A stretch of DNA of 42,321 bases from a virus (taxonomy: Duplodnaviria > Caudoviricetes). The position numbers and the translations under genes were made by a program. Within the stretch, counting starts at the first letter, position 1; each line of letters opens with the position of its first letter. The stretch lies in IMG/VR virus record IMGVR_UViG_3300020045_007012, positions 1-42,321 of that record; one strand, 5' to 3'. The notes under the pieces were generated by a model. The model searched no databases. It was not told where the DNA came from and saw nothing but the letters and a program-made list of their open reading frames with translations. Positions 1-10,423 of this stretch are shown one piece after another.

Positions 1-2
1 CA

Positions 3-212
3 AAGGCAAAGACTCTTTCAACAGCTGACACACAGGCAGAAATTGATGCACTATATTACAAGCGTGTTGTTTTCGATCTAACAGGCACAGCTTGGACAGT
101 CGACGCAGCCGCAGCTGATGGAGCAACAAACGCGGTGGTAATTGTAGGTGGAGAGTTCCAAACAGGTACTCTTTACTTCGCTTATTCATACTCTGCAACA
201 GTGTTTGAATAA
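3..212 (+). CDS. 5'-truncated capsid decoration/cement-like protein (copy 1)
   Basis: Open frame KAKTLSTADTQAEIDAL...AVVIVGG...VFE* directly upstream of the MCP; aligns loosely with the C-half of 40770..41300 (GKAETTASVDTLTELALL...LEIVGG). Confidence 0.65.
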   Translation, partial: KAKTLSTADTQAEIDALYYKRVVFDLTGTAWTVDAAAADGATNAVVIVGGEFQTGTLYFAYSYSATVFE

Positions 213-247
213 TCTTTATTAATCTCTAATCATCATAAAATAACATT

Positions 248-1192
248 ATGGATCAGAATACCGGCCCGAATCTAATTCTAGTCAAAACAGCTCTCGATAA
301 GCTTTTTGATGAGGCAACAATCGAACAGGCAGTTACAGGAAAAGCTCTTGCAACTGATGCTGTTGTTTTCACACAAGACTCAGCGGATAACGCTGCAGTT
401 GTTTCAACTGTGATGGGAGGTGGAGGTTACTTTGACAAGACTCTTAACGATGTAGGTCTAAACAAGAATGCTACCGTTAACTCTCCTGCACCAAAGACTA
501 CTCTTATTGCTCAGTTCAAGAAAGACTTGCCAATCTCTCGTACTTTCATGGCTGATCAGCAACTCTCAGCAGTTTCTAAGGCAGTTCAGCAATCGGCTAT
601 GCAGTGGACTTCTACACAGGATCGCAATGCATTTGCTGTGTACAACAACGGCTTTACAACTCAGACAACGATTGACAACGTAGCGCTCTTCTCAAACTCT
701 CACATTAACCTTAACGGTGACACGGTAGACAACCTTGAGACTGGCGCACTTTCGGCTGACAATCTTTGGACTGTTGTTCAGAGTTTGGCTAACCAGAAGG
801 CACAGGACGGGGAAGCGGGAAGCTACGTCTTCGAGGGTATTTTGACCCCATTCGTTCTTTACCGCACAACAAAGGAGACCCTTGACTCTGAACTCATCCC
901 ATTCTCTGGGGAGAATCAGATCAACTTCTTCGATACTGTGTTCGGTACGGCACGAATTGCGGCCTCTATCTTCCTTGGTTCGACGTACAACTCGAACTCC
1001 AACGCAAACACCTCATACCACGTTCTTTCTTCAAGTCATGCGATCCAGCGTAAGGTCTTCATGGGCCTTTCGACCGACCTCATCGACCCAACGAAGAGCG
1101 CAAACGACTCATGGGCATATCGTGCTCGCTTCCTTGAGCGACACTTCCCAGAGTCATGGAATGGGTACGTTGGTTCAAACGGAACTGCCTAA
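248..1192 (+). CDS. Major capsid protein, Mu gpT-like HK97 fold (copy 1)
   Basis: 314 aa; TxDxVALFSNSH motif typical of Mu-gpT-like heads; last 154 aa are 137/154 identical to 41340..42305, which follows scaffold and decoration genes. Confidence 0.85.
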   Translation: MDQNTGPNLILVKTALDKLFDEATIEQAVTGKALATDAVVFTQDSADNAAVVSTVMGGGGYFDKTLNDVGLNKNATVNSPAPKTTLIAQFKKDLPISRTFMADQQLSAVSKAVQQSAMQWTSTQDRNAFAVYNNGFTTQTTIDNVALFSNSHINLNGDTVDNLETGALSADNLWTVVQSLANQKAQDGEAGSYVFEGILTPFVLYRTTKETLDSELIPFSGENQINFFDTVFGTARIAASIFLGSTYNSNSNANTSYHVLSSSHAIQRKVFMGLSTDLIDPTKSANDSWAYRARFLERHFPESWNGYVGSNGTA

Positions 1193-1216
1193 TTATTCCA
1201 CTAACATCAACCTCAT

Positions 1217-1840
1217 ATGAACAAAATTCATGAATGGGTAAACACAGGACTTATCGTTCTGGTTGCCGTTCTGGTTCTGGTTGGTGGAAATCAATCAGAC
1301 AGTCTCGGAGCATCAGGAACACGCTTCCCGAATGGACTCTCAACGGATACGACTTCTCCTGCTTTTGGGGAAGTGCGTACAACTGACCTCACGGTAACGG
1401 ATGATGCGACGATAACAGACGACCTGACTGTATCTAGTGATACAACGGTGTCTGGTGCAACAGTTGTATCAACTTTCACTCAAGGGGGTGGGATTCGCTC
1501 TACCTCAACGTCGCTGGCAACAGCAACGCTTCTCGACACAGATTTTGACGTAGAAAACTACATCAAATACACGGTGAACGGGGCATCAAACACGTTGACA
1601 TTCCCAGCATCAAGTACACTCACATCATTCATCCCTACCGCAGGGCAATGCCGTAACCTTGTTGTTGAGAATGCAACAGGAACAGCTGGAATCACTCTCA
1701 CCATTGCCGTAGGCACAGGGTGGGACTTCCACAACTCTACGAGCACGCTTGTTATCGTCCCGACCGCTTCAGCATTCATTCACGCTTGCAGAAACGATCT
1801 TACGGACATCGAAGCGAACGTACTTATTGGACTTCCGTAG
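1217..1840 (+). CDS. Putative virion structural protein with N-terminal transmembrane/signal segment
   Basis: Hydrophobic GLIVLVAVLVLVGG then SLGASG; Thr/Ser-rich beta-type body; 2 Cys; immediately after MCP. Confidence 0.6.
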   Translation: MNKIHEWVNTGLIVLVAVLVLVGGNQSDSLGASGTRFPNGLSTDTTSPAFGEVRTTDLTVTDDATITDDLTVSSDTTVSGATVVSTFTQGGGIRSTSTSLATATLLDTDFDVENYIKYTVNGASNTLTFPASSTLTSFIPTAGQCRNLVVENATGTAGITLTIAVGTGWDFHNSTSTLVIVPTASAFIHACRNDLTDIEANVLIGLP

Positions 1841-1887
1841 TCCTTCGCTCACTCAGGCCCTTCGGGGCTTGGGCTGAGCGCGGGACG
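1840..1887 (+). other. Strong stem-loop with cUUCGg tetraloop (mRNA stabiliser/processing site or weak terminator)
   Basis: CGCTCA-CTCAGGCCC-TTCG-GGGCTTGGG-CTGAGCG; no U-tract follows. Confidence 0.55.
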
Positions 1888-1907
1888 ATTACACATTAAA
1901 AAACATT

Positions 1908-2336
1908 ATGAAAAATTATCTTATCATCACAGGAATAATCATTATCGGCATTGGGGTATATTTCCTTCTTCCTTCCAAGCAACCTCCAATTGGGGCTAAT
2001 GCTTCTCCTGCAACACGGGCTTGTACTCCAGTAACAGTGAATAAGCAGTATGTTGGGAATGCAAACTCTCTCACGATTCTGTCTGCGAACTCACTTCGTG
2101 CGTGGGCAAGAATAGAGAATCTCGTCAACGCGACGAACACCATCCACCTTGCGTTCGCCTCTGGAACTTCAGCGACAGTAAATTCAGGGTTCATTCTTAC
2201 AGAAGCGACCTCAACATCTCCGGTGCCCTATATTGATTTTGGGTTAAATACTGATATTCCATACGTCGGAGCAGTAACTGGTATCACTAATAAGGGTTCA
2301 ACAACCATCAATGTAACTGAGTGCGTGTACCAATAA
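1908..2336 (+). CDS. Putative virion structural protein with N-terminal membrane anchor
   Basis: MKNYLIITGIIIIGIGVYFLL leader then PPIGANA; 2 Cys; lies in the head-tail module. Confidence 0.6.
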   Translation: MKNYLIITGIIIIGIGVYFLLPSKQPPIGANASPATRACTPVTVNKQYVGNANSLTILSANSLRAWARIENLVNATNTIHLAFASGTSATVNSGFILTEATSTSPVPYIDFGLNTDIPYVGAVTGITNKGSTTINVTECVYQ

Positions 2337-2337
2337 T

Positions 2338-3492
2338 ATGTTCACTGTCCAAGAACTCACATCGCATCTCGTTGGCATGGGCCACGGGAAGACGCTCAAC
2401 AGAGTCGTAAACAAATACGAGATGTTTGAGCGTTCCGCGTCGAAGTTCTTGGCTCGATGTAAACCCCCAGAGACCATACGCCTCGCCGCCCTCACAAGCA
2501 CCATCCACGACGATGTATATGACTATGCTGTACCATCGGACTACAATTCACTCATAGACCTCATTCCACAAGACAATAGAAGCTCGTGGGACATGGCATA
2601 CCGCCGTGCGGCTGGGATGTTTGATCTCCAAAAAGCAATAAAAGAAAAGACCCTTTCCATTGAGGGTTCCGAGGGGACAAAGAAGATACGGATAAACTGG
2701 CGTTCAAGAAATGGAAAAACCATCCACAACATGGACTCTGTTACAGCGAACGGAACTTGGAGTGCGGTAGCGTCTGCGACTGGGATTTCTGCCAATACCA
2801 TCTTCAAGGTATCAGGGAACTCGTCTATAGAATTCAATATCGTTGTCACTGGAGATGGTATTCAGAATACTGGGATAGATGCCGTAGACCTCACTGACGA
2901 AGATGAGGTGGCGGATTTCTTCGTGTGGATGTACTTTGGGACTGTTCCGACATCTGTTTCTGCTCTTTGGGGGAATGACCTCACAACGAATTACTGGACA
3001 TCAACAGCGCAAACCACGCAAGCCGATGGCACTGCGTTCAAGGTTGGATGGAACCTCATCAAATTCCCATGGTCTACAGCAACGGAAACTGGGACAGTTA
3101 CGCCCTCCACCGTAGACTCATTCAGAATCACAGTCGCTTCCTCAGCGCAGAACAATGTCCGTGTAGATAACATAATCTGTTCGATAGGGAGGAATTTTGA
3201 CATGAAATACTACTCAAAGTTCCTTTTCAAGAACTCTGCGGGAACGTATATCTCAAAACCTACAACCGAAGACGACAGTGTGACGATAGATAACGACTCC
3301 CTGCCCATCTATCTCTTTGAACTTCTCAAAGACATGGCCCACCAAGTTGAGGGGACAGATTCAGCGTTCGACATCAATTTCGCGGAGAATGAACTAAAAT
3401 CTCTCTATCCTGCATATCGCTCTGAATACCCTGACCAGAGAAAGAAACTCGTCCAACGCTACGGTTCTGGGCCAAGGTGGAATAATCGATGA
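2338..3492 (+). CDS. Putative head-tail adaptor (tail tubular protein A-like) with inserted beta-sandwich domain
   Basis: Helical N- and C-terminal segments (YDYAVPSDY) flank a W/T/G-rich insert; position between head genes and nozzle gene. Confidence 0.5.
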   Translation: MFTVQELTSHLVGMGHGKTLNRVVNKYEMFERSASKFLARCKPPETIRLAALTSTIHDDVYDYAVPSDYNSLIDLIPQDNRSSWDMAYRRAAGMFDLQKAIKEKTLSIEGSEGTKKIRINWRSRNGKTIHNMDSVTANGTWSAVASATGISANTIFKVSGNSSIEFNIVVTGDGIQNTGIDAVDLTDEDEVADFFVWMYFGTVPTSVSALWGNDLTTNYWTSTAQTTQADGTAFKVGWNLIKFPWSTATETGTVTPSTVDSFRITVASSAQNNVRVDNIICSIGRNFDMKYYSKFLFKNSAGTYISKPTTEDDSVTIDNDSLPIYLFELLKDMAHQVEGTDSAFDINFAENELKSLYPAYRSEYPDQRKKLVQRYGSGPRWNNR

Positions 3493-3493
3493 T

Positions 3494-5323
3494 ATGGCTG
3501 AAAGATATGCCATCCTTGATGAGTTCTTGGGGTATCAAACAAATGATGATCCTAGTAAACTGGACCCTCGGTATCTTCGCTCTGGCTCTAAAAACGTCCT
3601 AATTTCCCGAGAAAAGAAGGCTGGCATCCGTGCAGGATTCACTTTTGCACTAGAAACAGGAGAATCAGACGACCTCTGTGTGTCGGGTGGTGTATGGGAT
3701 AATTCCACCTCTCAAGAACTCCCCTGGAGGATGGATGACGACGGAACGAACGGGATTTTGCGTGTGTATTTTGGAACAGTAGACGCTACTGCGCTCAATT
3801 CATGGTATTCCTTCGCTACGGCATTCAATGAAGACTATCCCCTAAGAACGACGACATGGTGGGACGCGACAGAAGGAATCGACGTATTTCTCATGGTGAA
3901 CCATGATGATAATGTATATGAGTGGAGTGGTGGTATCGCTGTTGTTGGGTCCATCCCCGATGGAACACACATCACTAAAGCAGGAACAACCACATGGGCG
4001 CAGAATAGATTTTATACCGGGGGGAACAAGACGATGTTCTGTGTCCGTACAGGAACGGAATATACCTACACTGGGGGAGAGACAAGCACAAATCTTACGG
4101 TAACGGACAGCACTGGCCTCGTAGCAGGGGATATTCTCATCCAAAAAATCCTCACGGTAACAAACGAGCCAGAAGCAGACTACATCAACGATAATATCTT
4201 TCAATTCAACAACAACGTCTTCTTTTCTTCTTCAGAAGATGAGCGTGTATTCATGTCTCTGAATACTGATTATGGAACATTCACTCCATCATCTCCTCGC
4301 GTCGCAGGAGAAGGCACGACATTTACTTTAGACGACCCAGATGCAAAGTTTGGTGTCATCGGAAAGCAAGTCGTTATTTTCGCTGGAGATCAAGCCTATC
4401 TCCCAAGGTTTGAGCAAATTGCTGTTGGAGCGGCTGTCGCCGAAACGGTAACTGTAGAAAAACGGTCTTTCGGCTCTGGTCAAGGGGCGTTTTCACAAGA
4501 AACCATCATCCAAGTAGACGATGCTATCGCCTTCCTTTCAAAAGAACCCACCCTAAGACTCTTAGAAAGCCCTGAACAGATTGCAGACAGAGATATTAAG
4601 GCTCTTTCTAATCCAATTAAACCCGACTTTGACGCAGAAGACTGGGCTGGAGCAGTTGGAACGTGGCACGGGTCAAGAATCCTCCTTCATTCAAAGGTCA
4701 ATTCTAAAACATACATCTTAGAGTGGGTAGAAACCCCAGACGGGGGTGTGAGACGTTTTTGGCAACCTCCACAGATCCTACCAGTAGGGGCGTTTGCATC
4801 CATAGACGGGTATTTGAACGCATACTCCTCTGCTGATGGGAAAACACTCCTTCTTTTCAATGGTGTGTCTGACTATGTTTCTGGTGGGGAAAAAGTACCC
4901 ATAGATGCAGTAATGAAATTGGCCTATAACGCCTATGGAAAAAGGGGAAATCTCAAAAACTTCAATGAACTCTCTGTTGAGGGGGAAATCTCCCAAAACT
5001 GCACCGACCTTCTGGTGACGGTAGAATACGATTTCGGAGGTGCTACAGGAACGGTTGAGCAAGAAATAGACGGGTCAGACCAAGACATCATCATTGAAAG
5101 CATCGAGGCCACGTCCCTTGGGCAACAGTCTTTAGGACATCAACCTTTAGGGGGTTCTACACAGACTCCGGTTCCAGCCTCACACTTTCAGACCCAACTT
5201 GAATACGCTCGGGATGATTTTTACATGCTCGGGATTACTTTTTCCACCAATGAAATCGACAGGCTCTGGACAATCACGCATGTAGGTCCGAACGTGCAAA
5301 TGTCCCGAAGAATCCGTAGATAA
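3494..5323 (+). CDS. Putative tail nozzle / head stabilisation protein (P22 gp10, tail tubular protein B-like)
   Basis: 609 aa, beta-rich; N-terminal F-x-G...SKNV pattern; synteny after adaptor. Confidence 0.55.
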   Translation: MAERYAILDEFLGYQTNDDPSKLDPRYLRSGSKNVLISREKKAGIRAGFTFALETGESDDLCVSGGVWDNSTSQELPWRMDDDGTNGILRVYFGTVDATALNSWYSFATAFNEDYPLRTTTWWDATEGIDVFLMVNHDDNVYEWSGGIAVVGSIPDGTHITKAGTTTWAQNRFYTGGNKTMFCVRTGTEYTYTGGETSTNLTVTDSTGLVAGDILIQKILTVTNEPEADYINDNIFQFNNNVFFSSSEDERVFMSLNTDYGTFTPSSPRVAGEGTTFTLDDPDAKFGVIGKQVVIFAGDQAYLPRFEQIAVGAAVAETVTVEKRSFGSGQGAFSQETIIQVDDAIAFLSKEPTLRLLESPEQIADRDIKALSNPIKPDFDAEDWAGAVGTWHGSRILLHSKVNSKTYILEWVETPDGGVRRFWQPPQILPVGAFASIDGYLNAYSSADGKTLLLFNGVSDYVSGGEKVPIDAVMKLAYNAYGKRGNLKNFNELSVEGEISQNCTDLLVTVEYDFGGATGTVEQEIDGSDQDIIIESIEATSLGQQSLGHQPLGGSTQTPVPASHFQTQLEYARDDFYMLGITFSTNEIDRLWTITHVGPNVQMSRRIRR

Positions 5324-5356
5324 TTTATCAAAAATATAGTATAATCATTCAAAAGT

Positions 5357-6862
5357 ATGTCAGACTTTCTTTCTTCTATCGGCGCGCTTCTTATTGGGGT
5401 TGCATCCTTCTTGGGAATCTACACCCCCACATCCATCATCGAACCCCCTGCAATCGTGGAAAATCTCGGTGGTGACAGTACGCTCCTCATTGGAGGACAG
5501 ACATACTACCTCTCAGGGTCTGGTATTTCGTCTTCTGCAACTTCTATCATCCTTTCCTCCCTCACCATCCCCCAAACAGGTCAGGAAATCCAAGATTCCG
5601 ACCTTTCGGATACCTTCTACATCACTATTGAGCCCGGGAATAGGACTCGGCAGGAATTTGTATCTTGTACGACAGTAACCCAAGGGGCCGGAACTACAGC
5701 AACCCTCTCAGGGTGTTCTCGTGGTCTTGCTCCGATCACTCCGTACACCGCATCTACATCACTTCAATTTGCCCATTCTGGTGGGTCCATAGTCATCTTC
5801 TCTAACCCCCCACAGGTGTATAACGATGCGGCATTCAAGAACAATGACGAAGCAATTACTGGAACATGGACGTTCAATAGCAACCTCCCAACCTCAAGTC
5901 TCTTAGCGACAGGAAGCACTCAATTTGTCACGAAGACCTACGTTGACAGTGGTATTCTTGCTGGAGCCGCGACCGCGACGGAATCTGTCACGGGTATCTC
6001 CCGCCTCTCCACACACACACAGAACGCTTCTTCCACCCCTTCGACCTCGAACACTCCTCTTGTGATGCAAGCACAAGATGCCTCATCCACTCCAATCGTC
6101 GGATGTGATGGGTCTTCGACTCGCGGGAAAGACTGTGTCATCGTCGCGTCGTCGACTGGAAAAATTGACCATAACTATCTTCCAACAGCACTTAATGTCA
6201 CATGGACTGGGAGTACATCATTTCAGGGAGGACTGACATCAAGTGGCACAACGACTATTGCCGCATCGAACGTCAATACTAATCCTCTCATCATCAACGG
6301 AGTCAATCGGTCATACCCATCCACCCAAGGAGCATCTGGGACTTCCATGTTCAACGATGGCTCTGGGAACATGAGAGAGTACCTTCCAACTCACACCATC
6401 CTATATAAAAGTTCAGCATCCTCAACTGTTGCCGCATCCGCAACAACCACAGCGACGACAGTAACCATCCCAGCGAATACGTTGGGTGCGAACGGAGTAT
6501 TGCGTATCTCGACAATACTTGGCGGCCTTACAGGGAATGATCGTGGATTCCAATTCCAATTCGGTAATGGTTCAGCATCAACGACATTCGTTCAGTTTGG
6601 CGGTGCTTTAGGTGTTGTAAAGGGTAACTATATCAATGGGACAATTGCAAACATCGGAACAACATCTAACCAGATACTTCAATCACAAGCTGGTTCCATT
6701 ACTGCTGATAATGCTAATTTGACTCCCTCTGTGAGAAACTATGGCGCAGAAAGCAACGTAGATACCACACAAACAACCTATATTTCTTTCCAAGCGAGAG
6801 ATGATACTAGCGCGGCAACCGGGTATAGAAGTATCCTCGTCGAACTCATCCGCACTCCATAA
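5357..6862 (+). CDS. Tail fibre protein with N-terminal hydrophobic leader
   Basis: Fibre attachment-like domain (ISSSATSI...EFVSCT...LSGCSRG...AHSGGSIV), AITGTWTF and ATESVTGISRLST fibre-type repeats, preceded by SIGALLIGVASFLGIY. Confidence 0.7.
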   Translation: MSDFLSSIGALLIGVASFLGIYTPTSIIEPPAIVENLGGDSTLLIGGQTYYLSGSGISSSATSIILSSLTIPQTGQEIQDSDLSDTFYITIEPGNRTRQEFVSCTTVTQGAGTTATLSGCSRGLAPITPYTASTSLQFAHSGGSIVIFSNPPQVYNDAAFKNNDEAITGTWTFNSNLPTSSLLATGSTQFVTKTYVDSGILAGAATATESVTGISRLSTHTQNASSTPSTSNTPLVMQAQDASSTPIVGCDGSSTRGKDCVIVASSTGKIDHNYLPTALNVTWTGSTSFQGGLTSSGTTTIAASNVNTNPLIINGVNRSYPSTQGASGTSMFNDGSGNMREYLPTHTILYKSSASSTVAASATTTATTVTIPANTLGANGVLRISTILGGLTGNDRGFQFQFGNGSASTTFVQFGGALGVVKGNYINGTIANIGTTSNQILQSQAGSITADNANLTPSVRNYGAESNVDTTQTTYISFQARDDTSAATGYRSILVELIRTP

Positions 6863-6881
6863 TTCCTAACACGATACATAT

Positions 6882-9011
6882 ATGGGACCTCTTATCAGAG
6901 ACATAAACTATAAATCACCTACCTACGGGCAAATGATTGCCAACCCCAGCTTCGTTCCAGAAAAGAACGTGGATACTGGAACTATGTCAGGACTGCCAAC
7001 CAATATCAAGGATGTTACGGGGGCTGGAAGCCTCGTTCCTAGTGGTAGCCCAGTAGGTATCCTCTCTAGTGAAAATGGAGTAGAGAACATCACTAAAGCA
7101 CAGGATAAGCTCAAACAGCTTTCTATCGGCCTCTCACAAGGAACTATAAAAACCCAAGGGGATGTCAACACACTCTATGAAAAGACCGAGAAGCCAAAAA
7201 CTCAACAGGAACAGGATAGACTCAGTGGAACTACATGGAGATTTGGTTACGGCGTAGAAGGTCAGAGAAATGATAACCCAAATACTGACGCTAATTCTTT
7301 CTCCCCCGAAGAACTCGAAGAAGCGGGAATCACCGATCCTCTCAAAGAAGGGCTGATTTTTGACCCATCAAGGAATGTCTATACCGTAGGAATGGACAAA
7401 ACCACTCCTTCCTCCCTTTCCTCCATGCGAGGACTTCAAACTCAAGAAAAGGAGGCTAGCGATGCCTTGGTAGAGGAAGAAGACTGGGTATTGAGTCAAA
7501 TGAAATCCGCTATAAACGGAGCGGATTCTATGCTTGTAGACACATTGAATAACATCCAAGCGGACTACCAGAATCGAAAAGCCCAACTAGAACAGGCGAA
7601 TAAACGCAATCTTTCTCAACTCGCCACTACGGGATATAGATACGGCACAGCCCGGTATGCTCCTGAAGTGAACAACACCCTTCTTTCAGCAGAAGAACGG
7701 GCTGGTATTCAGAAGCTCTCCGACCTCGCAACAGAAACACAAAGCCTCATCATTAAGGCAAAGCAAGCCGCTCAATCGGAGAAGTTCGACATGCTCTACA
7801 AGTACATGGGTGAGATTGATAAAAAGATGGAGGAACAGGCGAAGGCCGCAGAAGCACTAGCTAAGGCTAAGGTGGACCAAGATAAGGCCATTGCAGATAA
7901 GGCTAAAGCCCAGCAGGACGCACAAAAGGTCGCCCGTGAACAAGAGGAATATGATGCGGAGAACCTTGCGTATTCCCTCTATGGCTCTGACCTCACATCA
8001 GAAGAGCTTTCAACTATTGCCGAAGTTTCTGGTATCTCTCCTCAATCCCTCATGGCCGCAAGACAAAGAGTAGACTTTGAGCAATCAAAGCAAAATGCAA
8101 CCGTAGGAGACCTTAAAGAATACCAGCAAGCACTTTCTAGTGGAATCATCCCAGAAGGAACTTCGTTCTTCAGTTATCTTGCTCAGAAGGGAGCGGCTGG
8201 GAGGAAGGCAGATGCTGGGATGGATGGGGTTGGGGGAATAGTCTCTGGTGTAGTGAATCGTGATACCGATAGTATTATGTCTGGCCTCCTAAACCTTCCC
8301 GATCTCCCAATAAAAGACGGATACCGAGCAACAGTATCTTCTGAACTTGCTAGACGCTCTAAGGAAGCATTAGAGTCTGGTGATATTTATGGAGTCATGC
8401 GAGCGAGTGCTGGGTATGACAAAGAACCGTCCGATACATTCCTCCAGTCAATGGAGAAAACCCTCGCGGTGGTGTCTCAAATCGGCTCTCTCCAAAACAA
8501 TCTTTCAACAGATACTTATGTGGATGATAAAGGTCTAACTCAAAAACTTGGCACAGGGCCCATTATGGGGGCTCTCCGAAGCGCAAATCCATGGGATACA
8601 CAAGCACAGACCATTAAAGCTCAACTGAATGCTATTGTTCCGAACCTTGCCCGTGGTGTCTATGGTGAAGTTGGTGTTTTGACTGATAACGACATCAAGC
8701 AATACTCTAAGACACTTCCGACACTTACCTCAACTGATGAAATACGAAATGCCATTCTCTATATCACCCTTGACCAGATTCGGAAGAATGTGGAGATAAA
8801 GATTCGTAACCAAGCCAATGGACAGAGAGATATGAGTGGCTATGCAGATACCTATAAGAACCTCGTGGAAGAAGTAGAGAGTATTCTTTCAACCCTTCCT
8901 AAAAAGACTGTAAAGATTGGGGATAAAGATATACAGATTGGATCGACAATAACGAATAAGGATGGAAAGAAAGCAACAGTAAACGCTGATGGAACAGTAA
9001 CACCACTATGA
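6882..9011 (+). CDS. Putative internal virion / DNA ejection protein
   Basis: 709 aa, long Q/E/K/A coiled-coil segments, no Cys; podovirus ejection-protein position. Confidence 0.55.
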   Translation: MGPLIRDINYKSPTYGQMIANPSFVPEKNVDTGTMSGLPTNIKDVTGAGSLVPSGSPVGILSSENGVENITKAQDKLKQLSIGLSQGTIKTQGDVNTLYEKTEKPKTQQEQDRLSGTTWRFGYGVEGQRNDNPNTDANSFSPEELEEAGITDPLKEGLIFDPSRNVYTVGMDKTTPSSLSSMRGLQTQEKEASDALVEEEDWVLSQMKSAINGADSMLVDTLNNIQADYQNRKAQLEQANKRNLSQLATTGYRYGTARYAPEVNNTLLSAEERAGIQKLSDLATETQSLIIKAKQAAQSEKFDMLYKYMGEIDKKMEEQAKAAEALAKAKVDQDKAIADKAKAQQDAQKVAREQEEYDAENLAYSLYGSDLTSEELSTIAEVSGISPQSLMAARQRVDFEQSKQNATVGDLKEYQQALSSGIIPEGTSFFSYLAQKGAAGRKADAGMDGVGGIVSGVVNRDTDSIMSGLLNLPDLPIKDGYRATVSSELARRSKEALESGDIYGVMRASAGYDKEPSDTFLQSMEKTLAVVSQIGSLQNNLSTDTYVDDKGLTQKLGTGPIMGALRSANPWDTQAQTIKAQLNAIVPNLARGVYGEVGVLTDNDIKQYSKTLPTLTSTDEIRNAILYITLDQIRKNVEIKIRNQANGQRDMSGYADTYKNLVEEVESILSTLPKKTVKIGDKDIQIGSTITNKDGKKATVNADGTVTPL

Positions 9012-10369
9012 AACCAGAAGACTTTTTACAAGGTGAGGACTTCCAAGTAGAAGCACCCCCGACACCACCAGAAATGCCAGCCGTACAGAAGTTCGGAGTT
9101 GGTATCGTGAAAGGCGCAGGGTCTACATTCCGTGGAATGAGTGAGATAGGACAGAAGATACTCCAACAGACCGCAGGGAGAGTGGTGGAAAAAGCAACAG
9201 GAACTCCAAAGGAACAACTAGGGGAGCGTGCATTCATGCCCGGAACAGATGAGAGTACAAAACTCAAAGACCTCCTCACTCCTTACGGCACAGCAGAAAA
9301 TCTCGGCTTTATGACTGAAAAGATCGCCGAATTCCTCGCTCCTTCTGGGATGATAGCGAAGACAGGAAAAGCCCTCACGTCCCCAATAACTGGTTCTGGG
9401 GCTATTCAAAGTATCGCAAGAACAGGAATTCGAGCTGTAACTGAAGGATTAGCAACTGGTGGAATAGCAACCCTTCAAGAAGGAGAGATAAACGATAAGG
9501 TGAAAACCGCCGCTATCATAAGCGCGATGTTTCCAGTCGCAGGAGCTGTCATTCGTGGCGTGGGAGGAAAGATACTTCCAAAGAGCGGAGCAAAAATCCT
9601 TTTTTCTAAGGTTCGTCCATCCATAAAAGATGTCCGTGATGGCTTTCCACAAGAAATGGATGATGTGGCAAACCTCTTCAAGAAATATAACATTGGTGGC
9701 TCACTCGATGACATGAATGTGCAAACACAAACCGCGCTCAATAAGCGTATCTCACAACTCAACAATACCCTTAAAGCATCTCCAGCGAAGGTAAATCCTT
9801 ACGAAGCATTCCAAAAGACCGTAGATGAATTTACTCAAAATCGTGCTAAATCCTTCGGAGAAAATAGGGCAATCACCCGTGTTCTTCGTGGCCTGCGAGG
9901 AGAGTTGGATGATGTGGCTAGTGGGGGAAAGGTGGGTGTGTTCGACGCAACACTTATAAAGCGAAACGCCGGAACAAAAGGCGCGTGGCAGTTCGGTCGC
10001 GTAGACCCTGATGCTTCTGCTATGGAAGAGGTCTATTCAACATTCTACCGTAATATGAAAGATGTCATCAATAAGAATGCTCCAAAGGAAGTCCAAGTGT
10101 TGAACCGCGAAATCCAAGACCTCATTCCCGTGAGCAATGCGATCATTCGTAGGATTCCAGTGGAAATGAGAAATAATGCGCTTGGAATGTTCGATAACCT
10201 CGCACTTACAGCGTCTATCTTCGATCCATCAGCACTCGCAATTCTTGGCGCGAATCGCCTTGCAAAAAGCGGTAAATTCGCAAAGATACTTCTCGATGCC
10301 TCGGAGAGACTTTCTAACCCACAGTCAGCAATCGGACAGCGTATTCTTGGGACTTCCCCAAAACTATGA
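9008..10369 (+). CDS. Putative DNA transfer / ejection protein
   Basis: G/A-rich amphipathic N-half, basic helical C-half; ATGA overlap with upstream gene. Confidence 0.55.
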   Translation: MKPEDFLQGEDFQVEAPPTPPEMPAVQKFGVGIVKGAGSTFRGMSEIGQKILQQTAGRVVEKATGTPKEQLGERAFMPGTDESTKLKDLLTPYGTAENLGFMTEKIAEFLAPSGMIAKTGKALTSPITGSGAIQSIARTGIRAVTEGLATGGIATLQEGEINDKVKTAAIISAMFPVAGAVIRGVGGKILPKSGAKILFSKVRPSIKDVRDGFPQEMDDVANLFKKYNIGGSLDDMNVQTQTALNKRISQLNNTLKASPAKVNPYEAFQKTVDEFTQNRAKSFGENRAITRVLRGLRGELDDVASGGKVGVFDATLIKRNAGTKGAWQFGRVDPDASAMEEVYSTFYRNMKDVINKNAPKEVQVLNREIQDLIPVSNAIIRRIPVEMRNNALGMFDNLALTASIFDPSALAILGANRLAKSGKFAKILLDASERLSNPQSAIGQRILGTSPKL

Positions 10370-10423
10370 TGCCCAAACAATGAAGAAGAATACGAAAATC
10401 GCCAAAGCAATAATGTATATCAT
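10364..10423 (-). CDS. 19-aa hydrophobic antisense peptide
   Basis: MIYIIALAIFVFFFIVWAS*; fills the gap after the ejection gene; TAGTGT lies 6 nt upstream of ATG. Confidence 0.45.
   Translation of the reverse strand: MIYIIALAIFVFFFIVWAS

Noticed and set aside
728-1197. Exact terminal direct repeat proving circularity
   Set aside because: Ends are homologous in protein but differ at most synonymous sites; the contig cannot be closed on them
1190-1219. Stop readthrough fusing MCP to the in-frame 1217 gene
   Set aside because: A second in-frame TAA follows three codons after the MCP stop
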